Positions 11,382 through 19,403 of a DNA stretch of 59,125 bases are shown here, piece after piece. The stretch spans positions 1 through 59,125 of the forward strand of contig JADFXT010000013.1 in assembly GCA_015233405.1 (NCBI GenBank). Direction: 5' to 3'. A program made the translations under genes and the position numbers. The stretch is from Candidatus Omnitrophota bacterium. Lineage in GTDB: Bacteria; Omnitrophota; Gorgyraeia; Zapsychrales; Zapsychraceae. How positions within the stretch are numbered: position 1 is the stretch's first letter; each line of letters opens with the position of its first letter. The notes beneath the pieces are model-generated. The model worked only from the letters and a program-made list of their open reading frames with translations, searched no databases and was not told where the DNA came from.

Positions 11382-12257
11382 TTAATAAGAATGCGCTTCT
11401 TTAATGTTCGGAATGATTTTCGCAAAATCATAACCAGGGTAGAGCTCTTCAAGGAAACCAATTTTTTCCGGAGACATTTTCAGAAGGATGTCTGACTTAT
11501 TAACAAAGAAATACTCAATATCTTCAAGGCTTAGCTTGATCTTCCCCGAGAAACTTTCATGGTCGATTTCCCGAGAAAAGAACAACTGATATAATATCTT
11601 CGACCGATTAATTCTTGCACAATCTTCTTTGACTGTTTTTAAGTTTAGGCATTTTCCTAAAGCAGGAGCGCCGTTGACTTTGGCATAAGATTTTAAACCG
11701 CCGAGATCTTTAAACAGCAGATTGTCATATGTCATTTCATGCTTAGGATTGATTGCTATGCAGATATAATCCAGATTTAAGTACTCTATCGTATAATCGA
11801 AGATATATTTAAAAAGATAGTACACTAAAAACATTTTCCATGGGTTCAATAAAAGCGGGGTGCCTTCTTTAAATTTAAAAATGCTATTGTTAATTGCCAG
11901 CATCGATATTTCACAAAGCTTGTTCCCTTTTCTTAAGATATCCAATTCAGGCTTATACAAATCATCCATCGGAAGCCCAAAACAGGTATCCAGGATAACG
12001 CTTGCGGTTGCCAGTATTTCGTCGTCTGCAAGAGCAATAAAAGTCGTGTTCTCCGGCAGCAGATTATACTCGGAAAGATGTAACCCGGACTTGTTGTCGT
12101 TTTCATAATTTTTTTTTAAATATTCATTGTGGACCAAGGCATATGCTTGCTCTAATTCGTTCCGTGTGCGGGCGACCCTATATTGGATGCATTCCAAATA
12201 AGCCCGCATATGGTTCTTTTCACTCATAACCCGATTATTATTGTCGACTAAATTCAT
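11382..12257 (-). CDS. FeeM-like N-acyl amino acid synthase (GNAT / autoinducer-synthase-like fold), exosortase-system-associated type
   Basis: 291 aa. The pattern RVARTRNELEQAYALVHNEYLKKNY ... LHLSEYNLLPENTTFIALADDEILATASVILDTCFGLPMDDLY ... LCEISMLAI resembles long-chain N-acyl amino acid synthases. This is a by-eye assignment only. Confidence 0.6.
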   Translation of the reverse strand: MNLVDNNNRVMSEKNHMRAYLECIQYRVARTRNELEQAYALVHNEYLKKNYENDNKSGLHLSEYNLLPENTTFIALADDEILATASVILDTCFGLPMDDLYKPELDILRKGNKLCEISMLAINNSIFKFKEGTPLLLNPWKMFLVYYLFKYIFDYTIEYLNLDYICIAINPKHEMTYDNLLFKDLGGLKSYAKVNGAPALGKCLNLKTVKEDCARINRSKILYQLFFSREIDHESFSGKIKLSLEDIEYFFVNKSDILLKMSPEKIGFLEELYPGYDFAKIIPNIKEAHSY

Positions 12258-12262
12258 TTTTA

Positions 12263-12703
12263 TTATTTGCCCTGAACATCCGAATATTTAGACAAAATAT
12301 TATCACTCATAAAAGATATGAATTGTTTTTCATATTTTTGGCTTATTTCATCAAACTGAATTCCAATCAAATAATGCTGTTGAGGTGTGGCCTCTTCCTT
12401 TGCGCTCGAAGAGGCATGTTCTTTACACCAGACAATGGTTCCCCAAAAACACATCGGTTCAAGGTCCCCGGGCAAGGCTATCATGATTTGCAGTCTTGTG
12501 CCGAGGGCTAATTTCTCGTTAACATTTAAGCTTATTCCATTCCCGGAAATATTCTCAAGAGCAAACGGCCTTATCCATTCGCACGAGCAGGAATCCTTCT
12601 CTTCATTGAAGCTATATAACACTTCAACATCTAAAGACAACCGTTCACACCTGCGCTGGTCCTCAGAGATCATTTTCCGTATATCTTCAAATTTTTTAGT
12701 CAT
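12263..12703 (-). CDS. PilZ-domain protein (predicted c-di-GMP receptor)
   Basis: 146 aa. Both halves of the PilZ signature are present, RxxxR (QRRCERLSL) and (D/N)xSxxG (ENISGNGISL). Confidence 0.75.
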   Translation of the reverse strand: MTKKFEDIRKMISEDQRRCERLSLDVEVLYSFNEEKDSCSCEWIRPFALENISGNGISLNVNEKLALGTRLQIMIALPGDLEPMCFWGTIVWCKEHASSSAKEEATPQQHYLIGIQFDEISQKYEKQFISFMSDNILSKYSDVQGK

Positions 12704-12951
12704 TTTTAGATCCTAGGATCATTCTTGATTCCCGCTTGAGAAATATTTATTCCGACGAGGAAAGAGATGCCGTTAAAACACGAATTGCGGTTACACCATT
12801 CCCAAGTGCGTACTTTTGACGCTATTGTGAAGTAATCTCAAAATTAATCAATTGTACCAAGGTATAATAGGCAGAATTCTGCAGTTTGGTTGGAAGGAAA
12901 TGTGTTTTTCGACGACCAATCGTTTGCTTAAAGGGCAACTTAACAATCGAG

Positions 12952-14340
12952 TTAAAATAAATATTTGATTTCCGTATAAATGAGGTCTTTTGTGGTAAAC
13001 GCTCCAAAGGTGGTCGTTTGATCTCCCATAAAAATAAAGCCACCGAAAGAAACACTTACGCCATTATTAAATTTATATTCTATTCTTGGATTAATCATCG
13101 TGTCCTGATACGACAAACTATAGGACCAGTCCAAGTTAAAATTAACAATGCCCCGTTTAAAACTTTTCCTTATGCTCCCCGTTAGCCGTTTTGAGTTTTC
13201 TTCCTGCTCAAACAACCTTTCATAATCCATGACATGGTCAATGATCAACTGCACATCAATATATGTATCATTGCTCGTCGTGTGGTCAATTCCCAAGCCC
13301 ACAGATACAAGATTTTTTTTCACATAAGAAAAATCATCGCGCAAAAACGGCTGGCCGAGCAATACGCCAGTTTCCCCTCTTATGCCGAATGCTCCTATCA
13401 CGGTTTCCCAATCTGCGCCAATGACATTTAATCTCGGGTGAGCCTTTTCTAATATAAAATCATCCCCTGTTGGGGAAGCCGCTTCTAAGGCATTTAAATT
13501 ATCCGCGTTGGGAATATAGAGAAACTTTTTAACTAAATTACCCGTAGCTGTTTTCTCTTTTAAAACAGGGATGGAGTTGTGGACATTCATATAGTAAAGA
13601 GAATAGTCGACATCATTCATTTTGCTGGCAAACCGTATTCCCGCCTCACCATTTTTAAGGTCGTTATCCGTGACATTATCTTGGTCCTCTATAGCTATGG
13701 AGCTAACAATGTTTTTCTTAGCTTGGGACAAAACGCTGCTGTCGGCCACAGCTTGTTTTAAATTTTGAAACACCGCCCAGTCGGACCCAAAAAAATTCAC
13801 TAAGGAGGGCTTGAAAAATGGTTTAAAAACACTTTCCACCTTCCAATCTTCTTGGTTGTAGTCATACTTAAACATAAGCGCTGAACGTTTTCTCTCCTGC
13901 TTATCATAAAGGACAAACCTTCTATAATCTTGCGGGTTGATCTTATCCAAAATAACCACATCATCCAACTTGCCCCAAGTAACAATCTTTTCTCCAAAAG
14001 TAAAAACTTGGGCCCCTTTAGTAAGCTCTAAAAAATCCTCCTTAAATCTTAGACTGGTATCCGTAGAAGGATCATGATTATCAAAAGTTTCCAACCGGCC
14101 TTCCACATCCGCCTTGATCAAAAGCTCATGGTCGAGCATCCAGACATTGTTCTTGATGAGAACCATGGAGTCGGTAACAAGCTTATCTTCGAATGCATTG
14201 TTATCAACAGCATCCTGGTAGATGCGTGATCTAATCTCCCCTTTTTTATCCCATTGGATATTCGCGCTCTCTAGGGCAAACGCCCTTAAAGGAAAACATG
14301 CGGCAAAAAGGAAGAGTGGGAAAAATAGGTTGATTTTCAT
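12952..14340 (-). CDS. Putative outer-membrane beta-barrel protein (DUF1302-like)
   Basis: 462 aa. Signal peptide (MKINLFFPLFLFAACFPLRAFA), alternating beta-strand-like composition and a C-terminal aromatic residue (EIKYLF). It overlaps the upstream gene by 4 nt. Confidence 0.6.
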   Translation of the reverse strand: MKINLFFPLFLFAACFPLRAFALESANIQWDKKGEIRSRIYQDAVDNNAFEDKLVTDSMVLIKNNVWMLDHELLIKADVEGRLETFDNHDPSTDTSLRFKEDFLELTKGAQVFTFGEKIVTWGKLDDVVILDKINPQDYRRFVLYDKQERKRSALMFKYDYNQEDWKVESVFKPFFKPSLVNFFGSDWAVFQNLKQAVADSSVLSQAKKNIVSSIAIEDQDNVTDNDLKNGEAGIRFASKMNDVDYSLYYMNVHNSIPVLKEKTATGNLVKKFLYIPNADNLNALEAASPTGDDFILEKAHPRLNVIGADWETVIGAFGIRGETGVLLGQPFLRDDFSYVKKNLVSVGLGIDHTTSNDTYIDVQLIIDHVMDYERLFEQEENSKRLTGSIRKSFKRGIVNFNLDWSYSLSYQDTMINPRIEYKFNNGVSVSFGGFIFMGDQTTTFGAFTTKDLIYTEIKYLF

Positions 14341-15116
14341 TGTTTTTCTAGTCGATAAACCGTAAACAAATCATCCACTAAACCTTGGTTATAGTTGATC
14401 TCAAGCAGCTTCATTAAAGTCTTGTGCTGGTCCTTAAGATTCTCCATTTCCACTTGCGTTATGGTCCAAATCCCCTGCTTTATTTCAAAATTCTTAACCC
14501 TTAACTCTTTGGTCTTTTGAACTTTCTTATCATAAAAATCAACCCGTAAAACAAGATAACTTTCTTTATCTATCCAGCTTATGCGTTTCGAATATTGTGA
14601 CGCGCCGTCGCGAGGAATACTTTCAACAACGAAACAACTATGCCCATCCAAAGATTCTTCAGCTATAAGCTTATGCGCATCTTTTTCTGGTCGGCGCCTC
14701 TGCATATCTTCATAGGTATAATCCGTATTTACAAAAGCAAGGTTCTTTTGACTGCTTACGATTCTTCTCGCCCTACCCAATGCCGGCAAATATAGGTATT
14801 GCGTATTATCGGCATTTTTCTCTTCGATAGAAAGAAACCTTGTGTCCTTTATATCAGCAGGCTTAGAGAACTCAAGGAACGTCTTGGTCAGGTCTCCGAA
14901 ATCTTTTGAATATATCTCCAGGATCCTGCTTCTTAAATTGTTTTGCTTATCAACAAGGGTCATTTCTATCTTTGAGTAGCTGTCTTTTCCGTCGTCGCGA
15001 TTAAACGACTTTTCAATAATACTCGCGCCAGAGGGCGCTTCCGCAAAACTTTGTCTATATGCCAAAAGCACACAAAAAGCGATAATAACACCTACAAATA
15101 GATTTCTCATGTTCAA
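14337..15116 (-). CDS. LolA-like outer-membrane lipoprotein-sorting family protein
   Basis: 259 aa. Signal peptide present. Family-typical segments are YSKIEMTLVDKQNNLRSRILEIYSKDF, FSKPADIKDTRFLS and YLYLPALGRARRIVSSQKNLAFVNTDYTYEDM. Confidence 0.75.
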   Translation of the reverse strand: MNMRNLFVGVIIAFCVLLAYRQSFAEAPSGASIIEKSFNRDDGKDSYSKIEMTLVDKQNNLRSRILEIYSKDFGDLTKTFLEFSKPADIKDTRFLSIEEKNADNTQYLYLPALGRARRIVSSQKNLAFVNTDYTYEDMQRRRPEKDAHKLIAEESLDGHSCFVVESIPRDGASQYSKRISWIDKESYLVLRVDFYDKKVQKTKELRVKNFEIKQGIWTITQVEMENLKDQHKTLMKLLEINYNQGLVDDLFTVYRLEKQ

Positions 15117-16003
15117 CTCTTTCCTGAAAAAGTTTTAAAGAGATACCATCTTTTTAATCTTTGTATAGGATTTCTGTTGCCCCACAAAAGATATCCCTTC
15201 TTATATTCTTGCTCATAGGGATCGAACTGAAAATAATACGGCACAGGTTTTAGATTTTTTTTGCTTAACAGGATTTTTAACGTTTCCGTTATGATCAGCG
15301 TATTACATAAATGGCAGGAGGAAACTAACGCTGGCCCAGTCTTGGCGCTTATATCAACCTTGCTAAGGTCGCAATACTTCATATGAATGGACGCTGGCGC
15401 CAGCCCGACAGCAAAAGCAATCAATTTTTCTAACCAGCTCATTTTATCGTTGATGTCAAAATACTCATCAAAGCTCATGGATGTCGGAGAAAAAACCAGA
15501 AGAGCGCTTCCAAACCCCAATGGACCCGCCGTCACCGAATAGATCCCTCTTTTTTTAGCCTCAGCGAATATCAACCTTCTCGTCTCAATACAAAAAAAGT
15601 CTATTCCATCCACCAAGACATCAACGCCATCCAGAAACTCGCCGATATTTTGTTTGTCGACGCCTTTATTAAAACTATCTATTTCCAGATGTGGATTTAT
15701 GCTCAAAGCGATTTCTTTCATTGTATCTGATTTGTTCTTGCCAAGGGTGTCCATCGAAGACCCATATTGCCTCTGTATATTAGCAATATCAAAATCGTCC
15801 ATGTCTGCGATATTGAATTTTCCAATACCTGTTCTGACCAAGCCGATCAAATGGGACCCGCCAACGCCTCCGCATCCGGCAATGGCAATTTTAGAAGATC
15901 TCAATATCTTTTGTTCCTCTTCCGTTAACACGCCGATATTGCGGTTAAAGGCTTTATCGTAGAACAAATCAACATCATTACAATATTTTGAAAAATCGTT
16001 CAT
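15113..16003 (-). CDS. ThiF/MoeB/HesA-family E1-like adenylyltransferase
   Basis: 296 aa. Nucleotide-binding motif KIAIAGCGGVGGSHLIGLVRTGIGKFNIADMDDFDIANIQRQ. A single CxxC (CHLC). It has 4-nt overlaps with the downstream LolA-like gene. Confidence 0.8.
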   Translation of the reverse strand: MNDFSKYCNDVDLFYDKAFNRNIGVLTEEEQKILRSSKIAIAGCGGVGGSHLIGLVRTGIGKFNIADMDDFDIANIQRQYGSSMDTLGKNKSDTMKEIALSINPHLEIDSFNKGVDKQNIGEFLDGVDVLVDGIDFFCIETRRLIFAEAKKRGIYSVTAGPLGFGSALLVFSPTSMSFDEYFDINDKMSWLEKLIAFAVGLAPASIHMKYCDLSKVDISAKTGPALVSSCHLCNTLIITETLKILLSKKNLKPVPYYFQFDPYEQEYKKGYLLWGNRNPIQRLKRWYLFKTFSGKS

Positions 16004-16019
16004 AGTATTTCACTACGCC

Positions 16020-18365
16020 TTATTTGAACTTGGGTTTAAAAAAAGTCAACAGCGCCGGATTCAGAACAAGTTCTATCCATAATCCATTAAAAATAAGAAC
16101 AGCGCTCAATATTCCAAAATAATAGGTCGGCACAAACCGTGAAAAACCAACCACGCCAAAACCCATGATCAAAATCAAAGAAGTAATCACAGTCGGCCTG
16201 CCTTTGGAAGCAAAACAACGGTAAACCGACTCTTCTCTATTATTATTTGTCTTCTTCATCTCTTCGCCAAATGCATGAAAAAAATGTATCGTATCATCCA
16301 CAATAATACCTATCCCGATATCAGAGATCATACTCGTCGCGCTATCAAGCCTAATGGCAAACAATCCCATGATCCCGAAATTAACCAGAAGCGGTAATAA
16401 ATTCGGGATGATGCTTAAGAACCCTACCGGAATAGACCTAAAATCGATAAACATCATTCCAAAAATGACAAGCATCGCGAATGCTAAACTCAGCACCTGG
16501 CCGTTTGTAACGGCCTCGTTGGAATCAACCTCTAAAACAGTCTGGCCTAAAACTCTTGAGGAAATGCCCGCCGGCACGTTTTCTTTTAAGTAGCTATTGA
16601 TCTCAGCAATAATCTTTTGTAATTTCGCCGTGCTATGCTCTTTTAAACGCACCCGTACGCTTGCCCACTCCCAACGCGAATCCATGAATTTGCTTAAATC
16701 ATCAGCTCCGTACAAAAGCACATATTGAGCAACTAAATTACGCGAATCGGGAATTGCATAATAACGCGCATCTTCATCATGAAACGATTTATTAATTTCC
16801 TTAAGATAATCCACAACTGAGGTCACTTTATCGACCACGGGAATGGTGTATAAAAATTTTTCAATGTCCTCTATCTTTTTAAGTTCACGAGGATCTTTAA
16901 AGTAATCTTCTGTGCCTGCACGCAAAGAAATATTGATCATGTGAACGCCGCTTAGATGGCTTTCAATAAAGTCCGTGGCCTGGCGAACGGGACTATCTTT
17001 TCTAAAATATTCAATGACGCTTGTTTCTGTTTTTATCTTAAACGTTGCCCATGTCGAAACAATCCCAACCACCAAAGATGTGATGAGAATAATTTCTTTG
17101 TGCCGGATACTAAACCGCGCAACAGACATTATTATTTTATCAGGCGCCTCTTGTAAGAATGCAAACCCGTAAAGTTCAGTATCGTTTGCCCCAGTGGCTT
17201 GATCTTTGGGATTGTATAAATGTCGTAGAAGAGAAAACTGTTTTATGACAGCCGGCAGAAATGTGAACGTAATAATAAAGGCAAAAAATACTCCGGTACC
17301 GGCGACAAAACCTAATTGTTGGATAGGCGGAACAGAGCTTATCAATAACGAATAAAATCCCACAACCGTCGTGATGTTCGTAAGAAAACACGGCCAAAAA
17401 AGATGGTGCATTGTATCGCGAATGATCTCATTTTGGTTGCTATCTAAGTCCTTCGGTTTTAATCTTACGCTCTTGAGGATCAACTCCCATAAAAAATGAA
17501 TGCTCTCAAGCAAAGTAATGCTTAACATGACCGGCGGGATAATGGTCGTGACATTATTTATTGAGAATCCGCAGAGATACAAAAACGCCATTGTCCACAC
17601 AAGAGAAATAAGCGTTCCAACCAAAGGCAGCAGGACGCCATAAAAAGTGCGAAAACTTAATATCAGGACGGCCAATAAGATCAAGAACATCAGCGGGATA
17701 AAAGTCGCCAAGTCCGATTGCATAAACCGAGCATAAATGACCTCTATGGTCGTAAAACCGCTGACATAATATTTCTTTCCCTTTGGAAATTCTTCTATTA
17801 AGACCTTATTGACATTATCAACCAGCTCTTTTTTATATTTATCCTCCGAACCCTTTTTGTGGATTAATTCAATTATAAAGGCCGTGGAAGTCCCATCCGC
17901 AGAAATTACATTCTTTAAGAACAACGGATTTGATAAAGCCCTGTGCCTTAAGGCCTTCAATGCTACAGGGTCTTCAGGAACGTTTTCAACAAAAGGCCGG
18001 ACAATAAAGTCTTGTTCTTGACCGATAACGTCATTGACATTCGTCAGGCTGGTCACTTTATCAACGTCGGGTAAATCTTCAAAACGATTGGTGAGGCGGG
18101 AAATGAGCTCTAAATTTTTTTGGGTAAATATATCTGCATCTTTAAACGCGACCATAACAACCTGATCGCTGCCAAATTGTTCTTTCCAAGCTTGAAAATC
18201 AATATAATTACTACTTTTTTTATTAAAAAAAACATCGACGCCGTTATCCATTTTAATTTGAGGCAAAACAGCAACGGATAAGACGGTAACTAAGGCTGTA
18301 AGGATAATGACAGCAGAAGAATGATCAAGGATATATCTGAAAAATTTATCTAGAATATTTTTCAT
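16020..18365 (-). CDS. MMPL/RND-superfamily exporter (HpnN-like lipid transporter type)
   Basis: 781 aa. Two blocks of TM helices each follow a large periplasmic domain. The N-terminus is typical of this family (ILTALVTVLSVAVLPQIKMDNGVDVFF ... FGSDQVVMVAF). Confidence 0.85.
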   Translation of the reverse strand: MKNILDKFFRYILDHSSAVIILTALVTVLSVAVLPQIKMDNGVDVFFNKKSSNYIDFQAWKEQFGSDQVVMVAFKDADIFTQKNLELISRLTNRFEDLPDVDKVTSLTNVNDVIGQEQDFIVRPFVENVPEDPVALKALRHRALSNPLFLKNVISADGTSTAFIIELIHKKGSEDKYKKELVDNVNKVLIEEFPKGKKYYVSGFTTIEVIYARFMQSDLATFIPLMFLILLAVLILSFRTFYGVLLPLVGTLISLVWTMAFLYLCGFSINNVTTIIPPVMLSITLLESIHFLWELILKSVRLKPKDLDSNQNEIIRDTMHHLFWPCFLTNITTVVGFYSLLISSVPPIQQLGFVAGTGVFFAFIITFTFLPAVIKQFSLLRHLYNPKDQATGANDTELYGFAFLQEAPDKIIMSVARFSIRHKEIILITSLVVGIVSTWATFKIKTETSVIEYFRKDSPVRQATDFIESHLSGVHMINISLRAGTEDYFKDPRELKKIEDIEKFLYTIPVVDKVTSVVDYLKEINKSFHDEDARYYAIPDSRNLVAQYVLLYGADDLSKFMDSRWEWASVRVRLKEHSTAKLQKIIAEINSYLKENVPAGISSRVLGQTVLEVDSNEAVTNGQVLSLAFAMLVIFGMMFIDFRSIPVGFLSIIPNLLPLLVNFGIMGLFAIRLDSATSMISDIGIGIIVDDTIHFFHAFGEEMKKTNNNREESVYRCFASKGRPTVITSLILIMGFGVVGFSRFVPTYYFGILSAVLIFNGLWIELVLNPALLTFFKPKFK

Positions 18366-18434
18366 TCTTTCATATTCTTATCTATTTTTATTCAGCCTAT
18401 TCTGGAAAAACTCCGACATTTATATAATATCTTA

Positions 18435-18469
18435 AAGAGAGGCAGGAGAATTGCTCTCCCGCCTCTCTT
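18435..18469 (-). terminator. Rho-independent terminator after the PEP-CTERM gene
   Basis: A 15-bp inverted repeat AAGAGAGGCAGGAGA / TCTCCCGCCTCTCTT (1 mismatch, 5-nt loop) sits directly downstream of the stop at 18502. On the minus strand it is followed by a moderately U-rich tail. Confidence 0.6.
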
Positions 18470-18501
18470 GCTAGAAATACTAAGAGACATCCTTAGTATT
18501 T

Positions 18502-19293
18502 TTATGCTGTTTTACGTCTAAATCCAGCTCCCAACATCCCCATGAGGCCGCTTGCAAAAAGAGCAATTGAACCGGGCTCAGGAATGGCAACATCAGCAGA
18601 ACCATCATGGACTGACATTGTTTGTCCAGTTGTCGGGTTAATAATAACTAGGTCTGTGTTTGAATCAACAATGAGCCTAGGTCTGGTAGCTAATAAACTT
18701 AGGTCATTGCCATTTGCATCAAGCCAGAAACCTGGCTTCATATCTACAAATTTCCAGTCTAAAACGGCATCGCCGGATAGGAATTTGGTATCAAGTTCCC
18801 CTTTTCCGCTATTTAAAGTTAATGTGCCGACTAAATCCCCAACTGGGCCAACAAAACCAGTATCATCATTTGCGCCTGCTGCTCCTGTATGAAAATTATA
18901 GGGAACGCCAGCTGATGCATACAGGTTTAAATCTCCTGAGGTATAATTAAAGAACAATGCCGGATTACCAGCAGGATTAGTGCCTGGTGTTACAGTCCCG
19001 GCTAAATTTGTCCAGCTACCATACAGCGACCATTGATATGAAAGAAGCCCTTCATTATCAATAACCGGCGGAGGAATTAAACTGGTAACAGCAACATTAC
19101 CAACGTCGCTGAAAGTACCACCACCTGTGTTTGTTGAAGTTGTTTCAGCATACAATCCCATTTCATCAAATGCTCCTGTGACGCCATTTCCTGATCCTAT
19201 GCCGCCTGGACCTAATTTCATGATGAAAGCGTCTGCTCTGCCAGCTACTAAAACAACCGTAGCCAAAACCAATGTTATTATTAGTTTTCTCAT
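18502..19293 (-). CDS. Secreted PEP-CTERM sorting-domain protein
   Basis: 263 aa. Signal peptide (LVLATVVLVAGRADA), a G/T/N-rich body and a C-terminal tail AIPEPGSIALFASGLMGMLGAGFRRKTA (PEP motif, TM helix, basic cluster). Confidence 0.9.
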   Translation of the reverse strand: MRKLIITLVLATVVLVAGRADAFIMKLGPGGIGSGNGVTGAFDEMGLYAETTSTNTGGGTFSDVGNVAVTSLIPPPVIDNEGLLSYQWSLYGSWTNLAGTVTPGTNPAGNPALFFNYTSGDLNLYASAGVPYNFHTGAAGANDDTGFVGPVGDLVGTLTLNSGKGELDTKFLSGDAVLDWKFVDMKPGFWLDANGNDLSLLATRPRLIVDSNTDLVIINPTTGQTMSVHDGSADVAIPEPGSIALFASGLMGMLGAGFRRKTA

Positions 19294-19403
19294 TGTTTCT
19301 TGTTTCCTTTCCGTTTTAACCCTTGTGATTATTGAATTTACTCATTTCATCTATATTAAAACATCATAAAACGATGTAGAAAATTTGAGCTAGAGTCTAT
19401 GGT

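Noticed and set aside
12822-13055. 77-aa minus-strand ORF spanning the barrel gene's 3' end and the 12704-12951 gap
   Set aside because: It overlaps the C-terminus of the 462-aa barrel ORF in another frame and has no motif or RBS. The 248-nt gap more probably holds regulatory sequence for the PilZ/FeeM-like/ligase genes.
19294-19403. Looked for a separate sigma-54 or other promoter in front of the 18502-19293 PEP-CTERM gene
   Set aside because: No GG-N10-GC arrangement occurs on the minus strand in this 110-nt gap. The gene is more simply explained as co-transcribed from the promoter at 20354-20369.
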